From a bacterium (GTDB taxonomy: Bacteria > Omnitrophota > Gorgyraeia > Zapsychrales > Zapsychraceae): DNA of 64,000 bases. The position numbers were made by a program, and so were the translations under genes. Positions within the stretch are counted from its first letter, which is position 1. The number at the start of each line of letters is the position of its first letter. Shown in pieces: positions 1 through 8,697 of the stretch. The stretch covers positions 33,131 through 97,130 of the forward strand of contig JAUIER010000004.1 of assembly GCA_030429765.1 (NCBI GenBank), given 5' to 3'. Below the pieces are notes generated by a model, which saw nothing but the letters and a program-made list of their open reading frames with translations, had not been told where the DNA came from and ran no database searches.

Positions 1-1325
1 ATTTGCTCCACAATATTTTGATGTTCATTGACTAACTCGTCGATCAGCGCGTCCAGTGCCCCGTCATCCGACACCTGGGCCAAGCCTTTCTCGTCAATAA
101 TTTCAGCCGATGACTTTCCGGAATCCAGCATCATTCCCAGTACGTCCTTGGCCACCAGATTACTGATAGTGTCGTCGTCAACCTTCTTAATCAACTCGAC
201 CAAACGTTCAGGCGTTAAATTAATATCCGTGATTTCCGATTTACGCGCGTTCATTTCCTGCAGCACCGCGCCATTCAACCAGTTGGACACCTTCTTGCCA
301 TCCGGATAGATCTTCAGGCAATCCTCAAAGAAATTCGCCTTGCATCGCTCCTGAATAATGATGGTGGCGTCGTATTCGGATAGCTTGTATTCGTCGATGA
401 AACGATTCAGCTTGGGTTCCGGCAATTCCGGCAGATGATGTTTGACCTCATCAATGGTCGATTGTTCAACGGTAAACGGCACCAAATCAGGCTCGGGAAA
501 ATACCGGTAGTCATGCGCGGCTTCTTTGCTTCGCATCGAGACCGTCATCATTTTGTTCTCATCCCACAGCAACGTCTCCTGAATGACCTTGTCGCCGGAC
601 AGGACAACCTTGTGCTGCCGGTTGATTTCATATTCCAAGGCCGTACGAACGGCTTTGAATGAGTTCATATTCTTCAATTCGGTTTTGGTCCCAAACTCAG
701 TCGCGCCCATTTCTCGGATCGATACATTGGCATCGCATCGCAGACTCCCTTTCTCCATGTCACAATCGGAGACATCCAGATACGACAAAATCAATTTCAG
801 TTTCTGCAAATAATCATACGCTTCCTGCGGACTGCGCATATCCGGTTCTGAGACAATCTCAAGCAACGGCGTTCCCGTTCGATTGTAATCAACAAGACTG
901 CAGTCATCGGCATGGACCAGTTTTCCAGCGTCTTCCTCGAGATGCGCCCGTGTGATACCGATTGTTTTGTGCGTTCCGTCTTCTGTGGGAATATCGATCG
1001 CCCCTTCATAACAAATGGGTTTATCAAACTGCGAAATTTGGTAATTCTTGGGGCAATCCGGATAATAGTAGTTTTTGCGGTCGAACTTGACGAACGAATT
1101 GATCTTACACCCCAAGGCGCAACCGATACGGATGGCAAACTCCAGGGCCTTTTTGTTTACAACGGGCAGCGATCCGGGCAAGCCCAGACATACCGGACAC
1201 ACCTGCGTGTTGGGATCCTCGCCGAAAATATTCTGACAGCTGCAGAACATCTTAGTGTGAGTTGATAGCTGGACGTGAACCTCAAGTCCGATAACTGTTT
1301 CAAATTGTGTTTGTGTTGTCGTCAT
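1..1325 (-). CDS. gatB: Asp-tRNA(Asn)/Glu-tRNA(Gln) amidotransferase subunit B, 3' end outside window
   Basis: Not in the ORF track because it is truncated. Manual translation from ATG at 1325 gives MTTTQTQFETVIGLEVHVQL..., with FDRKNYYYPDCPKNYQISQ, HLEEDAGK, DYNRTGTPLLEIVSEPD and YRYFPEPDL motifs. Follows gatA. Confidence 0.97.
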   Translation of the reverse strand, partial: MTTTQTQFETVIGLEVHVQLSTHTKMFCSCQNIFGEDPNTQVCPVCLGLPGSLPVVNKKALEFAIRIGCALGCKINSFVKFDRKNYYYPDCPKNYQISQFDKPICYEGAIDIPTEDGTHKTIGITRAHLEEDAGKLVHADDCSLVDYNRTGTPLLEIVSEPDMRSPQEAYDYLQKLKLILSYLDVSDCDMEKGSLRCDANVSIREMGATEFGTKTELKNMNSFKAVRTALEYEINRQHKVVLSGDKVIQETLLWDENKMMTVSMRSKEAAHDYRYFPEPDLVPFTVEQSTIDEVKHHLPELPEPKLNRFIDEYKLSEYDATIIIQERCKANFFEDCLKIYPDGKKVSNWLNGAVLQEMNARKSEITDINLTPERLVELIKKVDDDTISNLVAKDVLGMMLDSGKSSAEIIDEKGLAQVSDDGALDALIDELVNEHQNIVEQ

Positions 1326-1339
1326 ATGTTCGTCCGTTC

Positions 1340-2776
1340 TCAATTAAATTTTGTGCGTCGCTTATGCCATTCCGTGTTTTGCTCGTATGTATGCGCGATA
1401 CGAAACAGCATTTCCTCATCAAATGCCTTGGTAAGCAGTTGCAAGCCGATGGGCAGACCGTCCTGAGAAAAACCACACGGCATGGACATGGCCGGGATAC
1501 CCGCGAGATTGGCTGAGATGGTAAAGATATCCGAAAGATACATCGATAACGGATCATCGCTGCGCTCTCCGACCTTAAAGGCCGTCGTCGGTGACGTCGG
1601 CGTCAGGATCGCGTCGACAGACTCAAAGGCCTTTTCAAAATCATTTTTGATGAGTGTCCGCACCTTAAGCCCGCGCAGGTAATAGGCGTCGTAGTATCCC
1701 GATGATAATGAGTACGTGCCCAGCATAATCCGGCGTTTGGACTCCGGACCAAAACCCTGATCACGCGACTCTTCGTACATGTCGATCAACGATGATTTTC
1801 GGACCTTTTCGGGAAACGATCGCAGTCCATATTGCACCCCGTCAAATCGGGCGAGATTGGAACTGGCCTCGGCCGTGGCCACGATATAGTAGGTCGCCAC
1901 CGCGTATTCCGTGTGCGGCAATGAAATCTCCACAAATTCGGCTCCGCAATCCTTGAGGACCTTGATCGACTCGTCGATGGCCGCCTTGACTTCCGCGTCC
2001 AATCCATCAATAAAATACTCCTTGGGAATCCCGATTTTTAGACCGCTGACGTCCTGAGTTAGGGCCTTGGTATAATCCGGCACCGGGACATCGGCACTGG
2101 TGGAATCCATAGGATCATAACCCGCAATAATATTTAGTAGCATAGCCGAATCCCGTACGTCCTTGGTGAACGGACCGATCTGATCCAGACTCGACGCGAA
2201 TGCAATCAGACCATAACGGGAGACGCGTCCATAAGTGGGTTTGAGCCCGACCACGCCGCAGAAGGCCGCCGGTTGTCGAATCGATCCTCCGGTGTCCGAT
2301 CCGATCGACCAGATCGCTTCGTTGGCCGCTACGGCTGCCGCCGAACCGCCGGATGACCCTCCCGGAACACAATCAAGGTTCCAGGGATTCCGTGTTGGAC
2401 CGAAGGCTGAGTTTTCCGTCGATGAACCAAACGCGAACTCATCCATGTTTGTGTTCCCAACGAGAATAGCTCCGCTGTCCTTGAGCTTTCGGATTACCGT
2501 CGCATCATAGGGCGACTTAAATCCCTGTAAAATCTTGGAAGCGCAGGTGGTTTCAATCCCCTGCATACACATATTGTCTTTGATGGCAATCGGGATAGGA
2601 TAAGGTGATGCCGCGTCATAGTTTTGCGGATTATCGTTGAGACGGAGGTAAGCTTTCACCTTGGAATCCACCGCGTCAATCTGATCCCGCACGGATTTGT
2701 GCACATCCTGCGGCGATATTTGTGAAGAACTGATCTGATCGATCAGCTCATGGGCTGTCAATTCATTGAGATTCAT
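1340..2776 (-). CDS. gatA: Glu-tRNA(Gln) amidotransferase subunit A (amidase signature)
   Basis: [49 protein letters not shown]; lies between gatC and gatB. Confidence 0.98.
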   Translation of the reverse strand: MNLNELTAHELIDQISSSQISPQDVHKSVRDQIDAVDSKVKAYLRLNDNPQNYDAASPYPIPIAIKDNMCMQGIETTCASKILQGFKSPYDATVIRKLKDSGAILVGNTNMDEFAFGSSTENSAFGPTRNPWNLDCVPGGSSGGSAAAVAANEAIWSIGSDTGGSIRQPAAFCGVVGLKPTYGRVSRYGLIAFASSLDQIGPFTKDVRDSAMLLNIIAGYDPMDSTSADVPVPDYTKALTQDVSGLKIGIPKEYFIDGLDAEVKAAIDESIKVLKDCGAEFVEISLPHTEYAVATYYIVATAEASSNLARFDGVQYGLRSFPEKVRKSSLIDMYEESRDQGFGPESKRRIMLGTYSLSSGYYDAYYLRGLKVRTLIKNDFEKAFESVDAILTPTSPTTAFKVGERSDDPLSMYLSDIFTISANLAGIPAMSMPCGFSQDGLPIGLQLLTKAFDEEMLFRIAHTYEQNTEWHKRRTKFN

Positions 2777-3057
2777 TCGATCACCTTGGGAACTTTAAAG
2801 GCGCCATCGCGCTGGTCAACGGCTATTTTCATGGTTTCGGTCCGGTCAAGTGACGGCTTGATCTCGTCATCCCGGAACACATTGGTGAGTGGTAAGGCAT
2901 GGCTGGTCGGCTCGATGTCCGTGACATCCAGCTTCTGCAGTTTTTCCACATAGCCGATGATTTTTTCCAGATCTTTTTGCAGGGACCCGACTTCATGATC
3001 CTGCAGATAAATCCGGGACAATCCGGCCACATACTTCACATCGTCTTCTGAAATCAT
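2773..3057 (-). CDS. gatC: Glu-tRNA(Gln) amidotransferase subunit C
   Basis: 94 aa, [11 protein letters not shown]...DVTDIEPT...FKVPKVIE; ATGA overlap with gatA. Confidence 0.96.
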   Translation of the reverse strand: MISEDDVKYVAGLSRIYLQDHEVGSLQKDLEKIIGYVEKLQKLDVTDIEPTSHALPLTNVFRDDEIKPSLDRTETMKIAVDQRDGAFKVPKVIE

Positions 3058-3116
3058 AAGCGCTACTTTTCTGTATTGTTAATAGTCGTAGGAGTTTAAC
3101 AAAAATTTGAAACAGT

Positions 3117-3145
3117 ATCGTACCATCAAACCCCCTAAATCACAA
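3117..3145 (-). promoter_or_regulatory. putative sigma70 promoter of gatCAB
   Basis: TTGTGA-17 bp-TACGAT with TG extension on the minus strand, about 60 nt before gatC. Confidence 0.45.
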
Positions 3146-3152
3146 GTCTAAA

Positions 3153-3521
3153 CTACATCAGCTTTTGCCGAATTTCATCGGGAATGGGCACCGGCCGAAA
3201 GTCCGGAGTGAGACTGACCAGCGTCACCTCCGCGCGGACCAGCAATTGCTCATCCTTAACGCGGCGAATGGTTTGACGGAACATCAGCTGAGCGGCTGTC
3301 ATTTTGAGCAGCTCAGATTCACAACGGATGATATCGCCGTAGCGCGCCGGGGCCTTGTAGGTGGCGTTGCATTGACGGACAGCGTAAAGAAACTCACCTT
3401 GCGGCTGAATCCCCCGCTCGATTAGAAACTCGGTGCGAGCTTCCTCCATATACTTCAGATAATTCGCGTAATACACCACGCCCCCGGCGTCGGTGTCATG
3501 ATAGTAAATTTTCTTTTCCAT
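3153..3521 (-). CDS. YbgC/FadM-family acyl-CoA thioesterase (hotdog fold)
   Basis: IYYHDTDAGGVVYYANYLKYMEEAR signature. Confidence 0.9.
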   Translation of the reverse strand: MEKKIYYHDTDAGGVVYYANYLKYMEEARTEFLIERGIQPQGEFLYAVRQCNATYKAPARYGDIIRCESELLKMTAAQLMFRQTIRRVKDEQLLVRAEVTLVSLTPDFRPVPIPDEIRQKLM

Positions 3522-3675
3522 TTGCTCTCAATCGGTTATAACAATTTTGCGTGAATACTTATTTGGCATCGCTTCAATTATAGGTGAATTCGACTATTTT
3601 TTCACTAAAAAACCCTGGCGCCCTGTGATAAAATCAGGATCGACGTCAATATATTAACCATCATACACACCAAAT

Positions 3676-4047
3676 ATGGACTCTTCCGCCGAACGACGCA
3701 TTCACCCACGCTGGATCATTGAAAATACAGTGATCTTTCAGCGTGAGAGCAATCCCAACCAACACGAGGGCCTGTCGCAAAATCTCAGTTGCAGCGGGAT
3801 TTCCATGCTGACCACGGAAAAACTGCACAACGGTCAGAAGATCGCGCTGAACATTTCCCTCTCCGATACAGAATCCATCCGTTTGACCGGTAAAGTGATG
3901 TGGATCAAAAAACAGGGCGACCGCTACCGGGTCGGGATCCATTTTGTCGGCATCGTCGAAAAAGAACAAAGCCGTATCCTGGAGTTCGCCTTTGACGTCA
4001 AACACGACAACGTCGTCAACCACTGGTTCAAGGACTGGAATTCCTAA
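3676..4047 (+). CDS. stand-alone PilZ-domain protein (c-di-GMP receptor)
   Basis: ERRIHPR (RxxxR) and NLSCSG ((D/N)xSxxG) motifs; GKVMW and YRVGIHF beta-barrel pattern. Confidence 0.88.
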   Translation: MDSSAERRIHPRWIIENTVIFQRESNPNQHEGLSQNLSCSGISMLTTEKLHNGQKIALNISLSDTESIRLTGKVMWIKKQGDRYRVGIHFVGIVEKEQSRILEFAFDVKHDNVVNHWFKDWNS

Positions 4048-4053
4048 GCCATT

Positions 4054-4866
4054 TTAAGGCATTCTAAACTGTTTGTAGATATCGACAAATGTCTTAAGTG
4101 ATATTTGTTCGGGTCTGACCTTGGGATCCACACGCAGCGTCTCGAGTCGCTCGACAATCTCCTCACGGGAGACCTCCACCGGTAACGCGTTGGCAATCAT
4201 CTTCCGGCGCTTGGTGAACGTCATTTGGATAAACCGCAACAGACCATTCGGGTCGTCTACCGGATACCGCGGCTGATCAAGAAAGCGCATCTCAACAAAA
4301 CAGGAATTGACCTTGGGCACCGGACTAAATGCCGTGTTTTTGATTTGAAAATGCACACGCACATCACTGAAGTACTGCGCGAAACACGATAGCGATCCGT
4401 AATCCTTGTTCCCCGGCCGGGCCGCCAACCGCCGACCGAATTCCAACTGCACCGTCATAAAAAACACCTTGATGCGCTCGCGTTGAGCGATCATGTGCTC
4501 GACGATCGGTGTCGAGATATTGTAGGGAATATTTCCCACCACTTTAATCGGGTCACCCTGTTCGGGAATCTGATAGTTGAGTATATCGCCGGACACAATC
4601 GTTAAAGATGCGTGATCCGCAAACTTCTCCCTCAAGAGCTTGACGAGGTCTTGATCTTTCTCGACGACGGTTAGATGGCGGGCCTGCTCAAGCAATTGCT
4701 CCGTCAAAACGCCCTTGCCGGGCCCGATCTCGAGCACTTCATCACCAGAATGGATATCACAAATTGTCAGAATACGATTACGGGCAGCCTCGCTGACCAA
4801 AAAGTTTTGGCCCAGTGATTTCTTGGGGACATGACGGCGGGGGATCTTTCCACGGTCGGGACGCAT
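4054..4866 (-). CDS. rsmA: 16S rRNA adenine dimethyltransferase
   Basis: PKKSLGQNFL, VLEIGPGKG, VGNIPYNIST, FSPVPKVNS. Confidence 0.97.
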   Translation of the reverse strand: MRPDRGKIPRRHVPKKSLGQNFLVSEAARNRILTICDIHSGDEVLEIGPGKGVLTEQLLEQARHLTVVEKDQDLVKLLREKFADHASLTIVSGDILNYQIPEQGDPIKVVGNIPYNISTPIVEHMIAQRERIKVFFMTVQLEFGRRLAARPGNKDYGSLSCFAQYFSDVRVHFQIKNTAFSPVPKVNSCFVEMRFLDQPRYPVDDPNGLLRFIQMTFTKRRKMIANALPVEVSREEIVERLETLRVDPKVRPEQISLKTFVDIYKQFRMP

Positions 4867-4868
4867 TC

Positions 4869-5819
4869 CTACACCAATCTGGCGGCCAATCGGATAGCCT
4901 CGGCCATTGACGATGGATCCGCCTGATTTTTTCCGGCAATATCAAATGCCGTGCCATGCGCCGGCGATGTCCTGACATAAGGCAGCCCGATCGTCATGTT
5001 GACCAACTCATTAAAATACAATGTCTTAATCGGGATCAGCCCCTGATCATGATACATCGCGACAATGCAGTCATAAGCGGCCGCGTTATGAGCTACAAAT
5101 AGGGTGTCGGCAGCAAATGGCCCTTCCGCTTTTACACGCCGCCGGCGCGCGGCCTGAATGGCGGGAACGATTACCTCGCGGTCTTCACGACCCAGCAGTC
5201 CATTTTCTCCGGCATGCGGGTTGAGCCCGCAAACAGCAATCCGAGGCTGCCGGATTTTGAACTGCTCCTTAAGCCCTTTGGCCGTGAGCATAATGGTTTG
5301 ATACACCAAATCCTGCGTGATCAGCCGTGGAACGTTCTTGAGTGGCACATGACGCGTCACAATAATCGTCCGCATCTTTCGTGCCACAAACAGCATCCCG
5401 ACATGATCAATGCCGGCCGCATCGGCGAGAAATTCGGTGTGACCGACGAACTTGCGGTCAAATGGCACAATGGCCTCTTTGCAGACCGGCGCCGTTACCA
5501 GCGCCTGGATCTCCGCATCCTTGAGCGCGACGACCGCCTGCTTTAGGTACAGCCAGGCCGCCTTACCATGCGCGGATGAAATCCGTCCAGGCTTAAACTG
5601 GCTTTGTTTGATGGCCGACATATTTTTAATGTGACAATTGGCGGGCAATCGGCGACGAACGGAATTGATGATCCAATCTTCGCCGAAAAGCAAAAAATCA
5701 ACGCGAGGAAATGCGCGCGCTACCCGGGACACGGCCTTGGCCGTAACCTCCGGGCCGATACCGCCTGGATCACCCATCGTGATGCCGACGGTCTTATTGC
5801 TTGATTTCGATGTAGGCAT
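4869..5819 (-). CDS. pdxA: 4-hydroxythreonine-4-phosphate dehydrogenase
   Basis: TMGDPGGIGPE, GHTEFLA, GLNPHAGE, AMYHDQG, RTSPAHGTAFDIAG; surA-pdxA-rsmA order; ATG at 5819 preferred over TTG at 5837. Confidence 0.96.
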   Translation of the reverse strand: MPTSKSSNKTVGITMGDPGGIGPEVTAKAVSRVARAFPRVDFLLFGEDWIINSVRRRLPANCHIKNMSAIKQSQFKPGRISSAHGKAAWLYLKQAVVALKDAEIQALVTAPVCKEAIVPFDRKFVGHTEFLADAAGIDHVGMLFVARKMRTIIVTRHVPLKNVPRLITQDLVYQTIMLTAKGLKEQFKIRQPRIAVCGLNPHAGENGLLGREDREVIVPAIQAARRRRVKAEGPFAADTLFVAHNAAAYDCIVAMYHDQGLIPIKTLYFNELVNMTIGLPYVRTSPAHGTAFDIAGKNQADPSSMAEAIRLAARLV

Positions 5820-6756
5820 CTTTTTTGAGATTCTCAAGCCAGCTCAGCAGTTCGTTTTGCAGTTTCTGTCGGAATAAAAACTCGGTAATGAAGTCTTTGA
5901 CGTCACTCAGTGAAGCCAATTGCGCGGGAAACTTCTTGGTGACCAGAAATATGTAGGCGCCGCTTTCAACCTCGATCACGTCCGATGGTTTATCCCGCTC
6001 GAGATGAAAGACGATCTTCTCAATCTTGGGCAAGAGCTGACCGCGTTCGACCTCTCCCAGCGACGAGGCCTTGGAATATTCCTTGGCGACCTCCGTAAAC
6101 GGTTCGCCGTTTTTGATCAATTCCAATGCGACATTCGCCCGCTTAATCGCGTCCTTGCGATTGGACTCATAGGGAATGTAGATCGATTCCACGAAGATCT
6201 TTTCTTTGTCCTGAAACCGCTCCATATTCGCCTCGTAATAATCGGTAACTTCTTGGGGATTCACGTAGATCTTGGACTTGACTTCGTGATCAATCACAAA
6301 GGCAATCTTGAGCTGTTCCACAATCTTCTTCCGGAGATCCGTAACCGTGACACCGTTGCTCACCAGAGCCTTCATAAAATCCTGCTCTGAATTATACCTG
6401 CCCTTGACCTCTTCCAGCTTCTGATCGATGAGCTTTTCCTTCACGTTCATCCCGATCTCATTGGCCTTGCTCAACAATAGTTTATCCTCGATAAGCTTGT
6501 TAAGACCGTTGATTTCCAAGTCCAGCATCACCTTGTTGATGTCCTCGGGGTCACGCCCCTCGGCCACCAGCGCCACATAGGTCCCGCGCACATAGTCTCG
6601 CAGATCTTTGAGCGTGATCAATTCATCATTGACCACCGCCAGAATGGCGTCGTCAACGGCGTAGGTCGGCTGCGGCGATATTACGCCCGTCAACATTAAT
6701 AACGCCAGCAGTATCGTCAAAGTATATTTAATTCCTCGCATGTAATTTATCCTCAT
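5794..6756 (-). CDS. SurA/PpiC-type periplasmic chaperone, peptidyl-prolyl isomerase
   Basis: N-terminal signal/TM, DAILAVVNDELIT SurA-N motif, degenerate parvulin FTEVAKEYS, C-terminal WLENLKKDAYIEIK; upstream of pdxA. Confidence 0.88.
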   Translation of the reverse strand: MRINYMRGIKYTLTILLALLMLTGVISPQPTYAVDDAILAVVNDELITLKDLRDYVRGTYVALVAEGRDPEDINKVMLDLEINGLNKLIEDKLLLSKANEIGMNVKEKLIDQKLEEVKGRYNSEQDFMKALVSNGVTVTDLRKKIVEQLKIAFVIDHEVKSKIYVNPQEVTDYYEANMERFQDKEKIFVESIYIPYESNRKDAIKRANVALELIKNGEPFTEVAKEYSKASSLGEVERGQLLPKIEKIVFHLERDKPSDVIEVESGAYIFLVTKKFPAQLASLSDVKDFITEFLFRQKLQNELLSWLENLKKDAYIEIKQ

Positions 6757-8635
6757 TTTTTCGTTTTAGCTGCTCAACCGATTCCTTCAGCAGTCGACAG
6801 TATAGATCAAATCCAACGCTGGCAATATACCCGGACTGTTCCTGTCCCAGCAGATTACCGGCTCCCCGTATCTGCAAATCTTCAAAGGCGATATGAAATC
6901 CGGCGCCAAGTCCGCTGAATTTCTTAATCGCGTCGATTCGATGCTTGGCCACGCTCGAAAGAATGCGAGCCGACGGCACAATTAAGTAAGTGTATGATTT
7001 TCTCGTCGAGCGCCCCACTCGACCTCGTAATTGGTGTAATTCCGATAACCCAAAATGATCCGCCCGGTTGACAATCAGTGTGTTCGCGTTGGGAATATCG
7101 ATCCCGGACCCGATGATCGTCGTGCAAACCAGCACATCCACTTCGCCCTCCAGAAAATCCAGCATGATCCGTTCCAGCTGTTTGGCGGACATCTGCCCAT
7201 GGCCCACTGCGACTTTGGCCTTGGGATTGAGTTTCTCTATTATTTTAGCAATTTGCTGGATATCTTCAACGCGATTATGGAGAAAAAAGACCTGCCCTTT
7301 GCGCCGTAACTCGCGGTTAATGGCCTTCTGGATCAAATCTTCATCAAACTCAATCACTTCAGTCTTGACCGGGATACGCTTTTGCGGCGGCGTGGAAATA
7401 ATCGACATATCCTTGGCGCCGGTCAATGCCATATGCAGCGTACGCGGAATCGGCGTGGCGGTCAAGGTCAAGACATCAGCCAATAAGCGCATATGCTTGA
7501 GCCGTTCCTTGGCCGTGACACCAAAACGTTGTTCTTCATCAATGATGATCAAGCCTAAATCTTTAAATCCGATATCCTTGGATAGTAATCGGTGCGTTCC
7601 GATCAGAATATCCACATGCCCTTCAATCGTATCCTTGATAATCGCCAACTGCTCGGCCCGTGTGCGAAACCTCGAGAGCATCGCCACCCGGATCGGAAAA
7701 TGTTTCATCCGCTTGGAAAAATTATAGAAATGCTGTTCGGCCAGGATCGTCGTCGGGACCAGCACCGCGACCTGCTTACCATCACTGACCGCCTTAAAGG
7801 CCGCGCGAATAGCGACTTCGGTCTTGCCGTATCCGACGTCCCCGCACAACAATCGATCCATCGGGGTCTCCATCGACATATCCTTGTCGACGGCTTCCAT
7901 CGCCTTGATCTGATCTTCGGTCTCCTCGTAAGGAAAACCCTTTTGAAACTCGGCCTCCCATTCGGGATTGGATGAAAATGCGTGACCTTTGAGTGTCGCC
8001 CGCATCGCCTGAATGTGCAGCATCTCCGCCGCCAGACGCTGCAGCCGCTTCTGGATCTGGGCCTTGACCCGTTTCCACTCATTGCTGCCGAGTTTGTACA
8101 ACCGTGGCGGTCGCTTGTGAAAGCTGACATACTTTTGAATCAGCCGCAGATCATGTTTGGGAACAAATAGTTTATCACCGCCGTCATACTCGATAACAAA
8201 GTGATCTTTGTTCTTATTCGTGACATTGAGCGTCTCGACACCCAGAAACCGGCCGATCCCGTGCTGCGAATGCACCACATAATCGCCGGATTCGATATCA
8301 ACAAAATTGTTCAGCGGAATATCAGCGGAGAAGACATCAGTCTTTCTCGACTCACGCTTTTTGTAGGGAAGGATGATGACGGCCTTATGCTGCCAGATGG
8401 ACTTACCCGACACCATATTGTAGCTGGCAATTGCCCGGATCTTATCATCGTCAAAATCTATACGGATCGGTCCGTCAAAATTAACCGGATAAATATCAAG
8501 AATCTCACCCCGACGGGCAAACTCCCCCTCTTGTGACGTCTTCTTGACTTTCGTGTAACGGTAGGCGACTAGATTATTGAGGATGATTTCCGGATCGATC
8601 TCCTGACCCGTGAAAAGCTCGAAAGACTTAAACAT
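6728..8635 (-). CDS. mfd: transcription-repair coupling factor, short form (~635 aa)
   Basis: D2-like GEFARRGEILDIYP, RID GDYVVHSQHGIGRF, GDVGYGKT, DEEQRFG, TATPIPRT, QLRGRVGR, TRG motif DLQIRGAGNLLGQEQSG; alternative GTG start at 8644. Confidence 0.93.
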   Translation of the reverse strand: MFKSFELFTGQEIDPEIILNNLVAYRYTKVKKTSQEGEFARRGEILDIYPVNFDGPIRIDFDDDKIRAIASYNMVSGKSIWQHKAVIILPYKKRESRKTDVFSADIPLNNFVDIESGDYVVHSQHGIGRFLGVETLNVTNKNKDHFVIEYDGGDKLFVPKHDLRLIQKYVSFHKRPPRLYKLGSNEWKRVKAQIQKRLQRLAAEMLHIQAMRATLKGHAFSSNPEWEAEFQKGFPYEETEDQIKAMEAVDKDMSMETPMDRLLCGDVGYGKTEVAIRAAFKAVSDGKQVAVLVPTTILAEQHFYNFSKRMKHFPIRVAMLSRFRTRAEQLAIIKDTIEGHVDILIGTHRLLSKDIGFKDLGLIIIDEEQRFGVTAKERLKHMRLLADVLTLTATPIPRTLHMALTGAKDMSIISTPPQKRIPVKTEVIEFDEDLIQKAINRELRRKGQVFFLHNRVEDIQQIAKIIEKLNPKAKVAVGHGQMSAKQLERIMLDFLEGEVDVLVCTTIIGSGIDIPNANTLIVNRADHFGLSELHQLRGRVGRSTRKSYTYLIVPSARILSSVAKHRIDAIKKFSGLGAGFHIAFEDLQIRGAGNLLGQEQSGYIASVGFDLYCRLLKESVEQLKRKNEDKLHARN

Positions 8636-8697
8636 GATAATCACATAGGCTCATCACACGTCTCCTCAGCCTCCCGACGTGTGACGTGTGATTATTG

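Noticed and set aside
3153-3521. YbgC-like thioesterase as evidence that the ExbBD genes form a Tol-Pal operon
   Set aside because: It lies about 32 kb from the motor genes, and no tolB or pal is present in the window
6728-8635. Calling the short Mfd a RecG or a pseudogene
   Set aside because: The RID and D2-like segments and the DEEQRFG/EQSG motifs are Mfd-type; the frame is uninterrupted and no leftover fragments flank it
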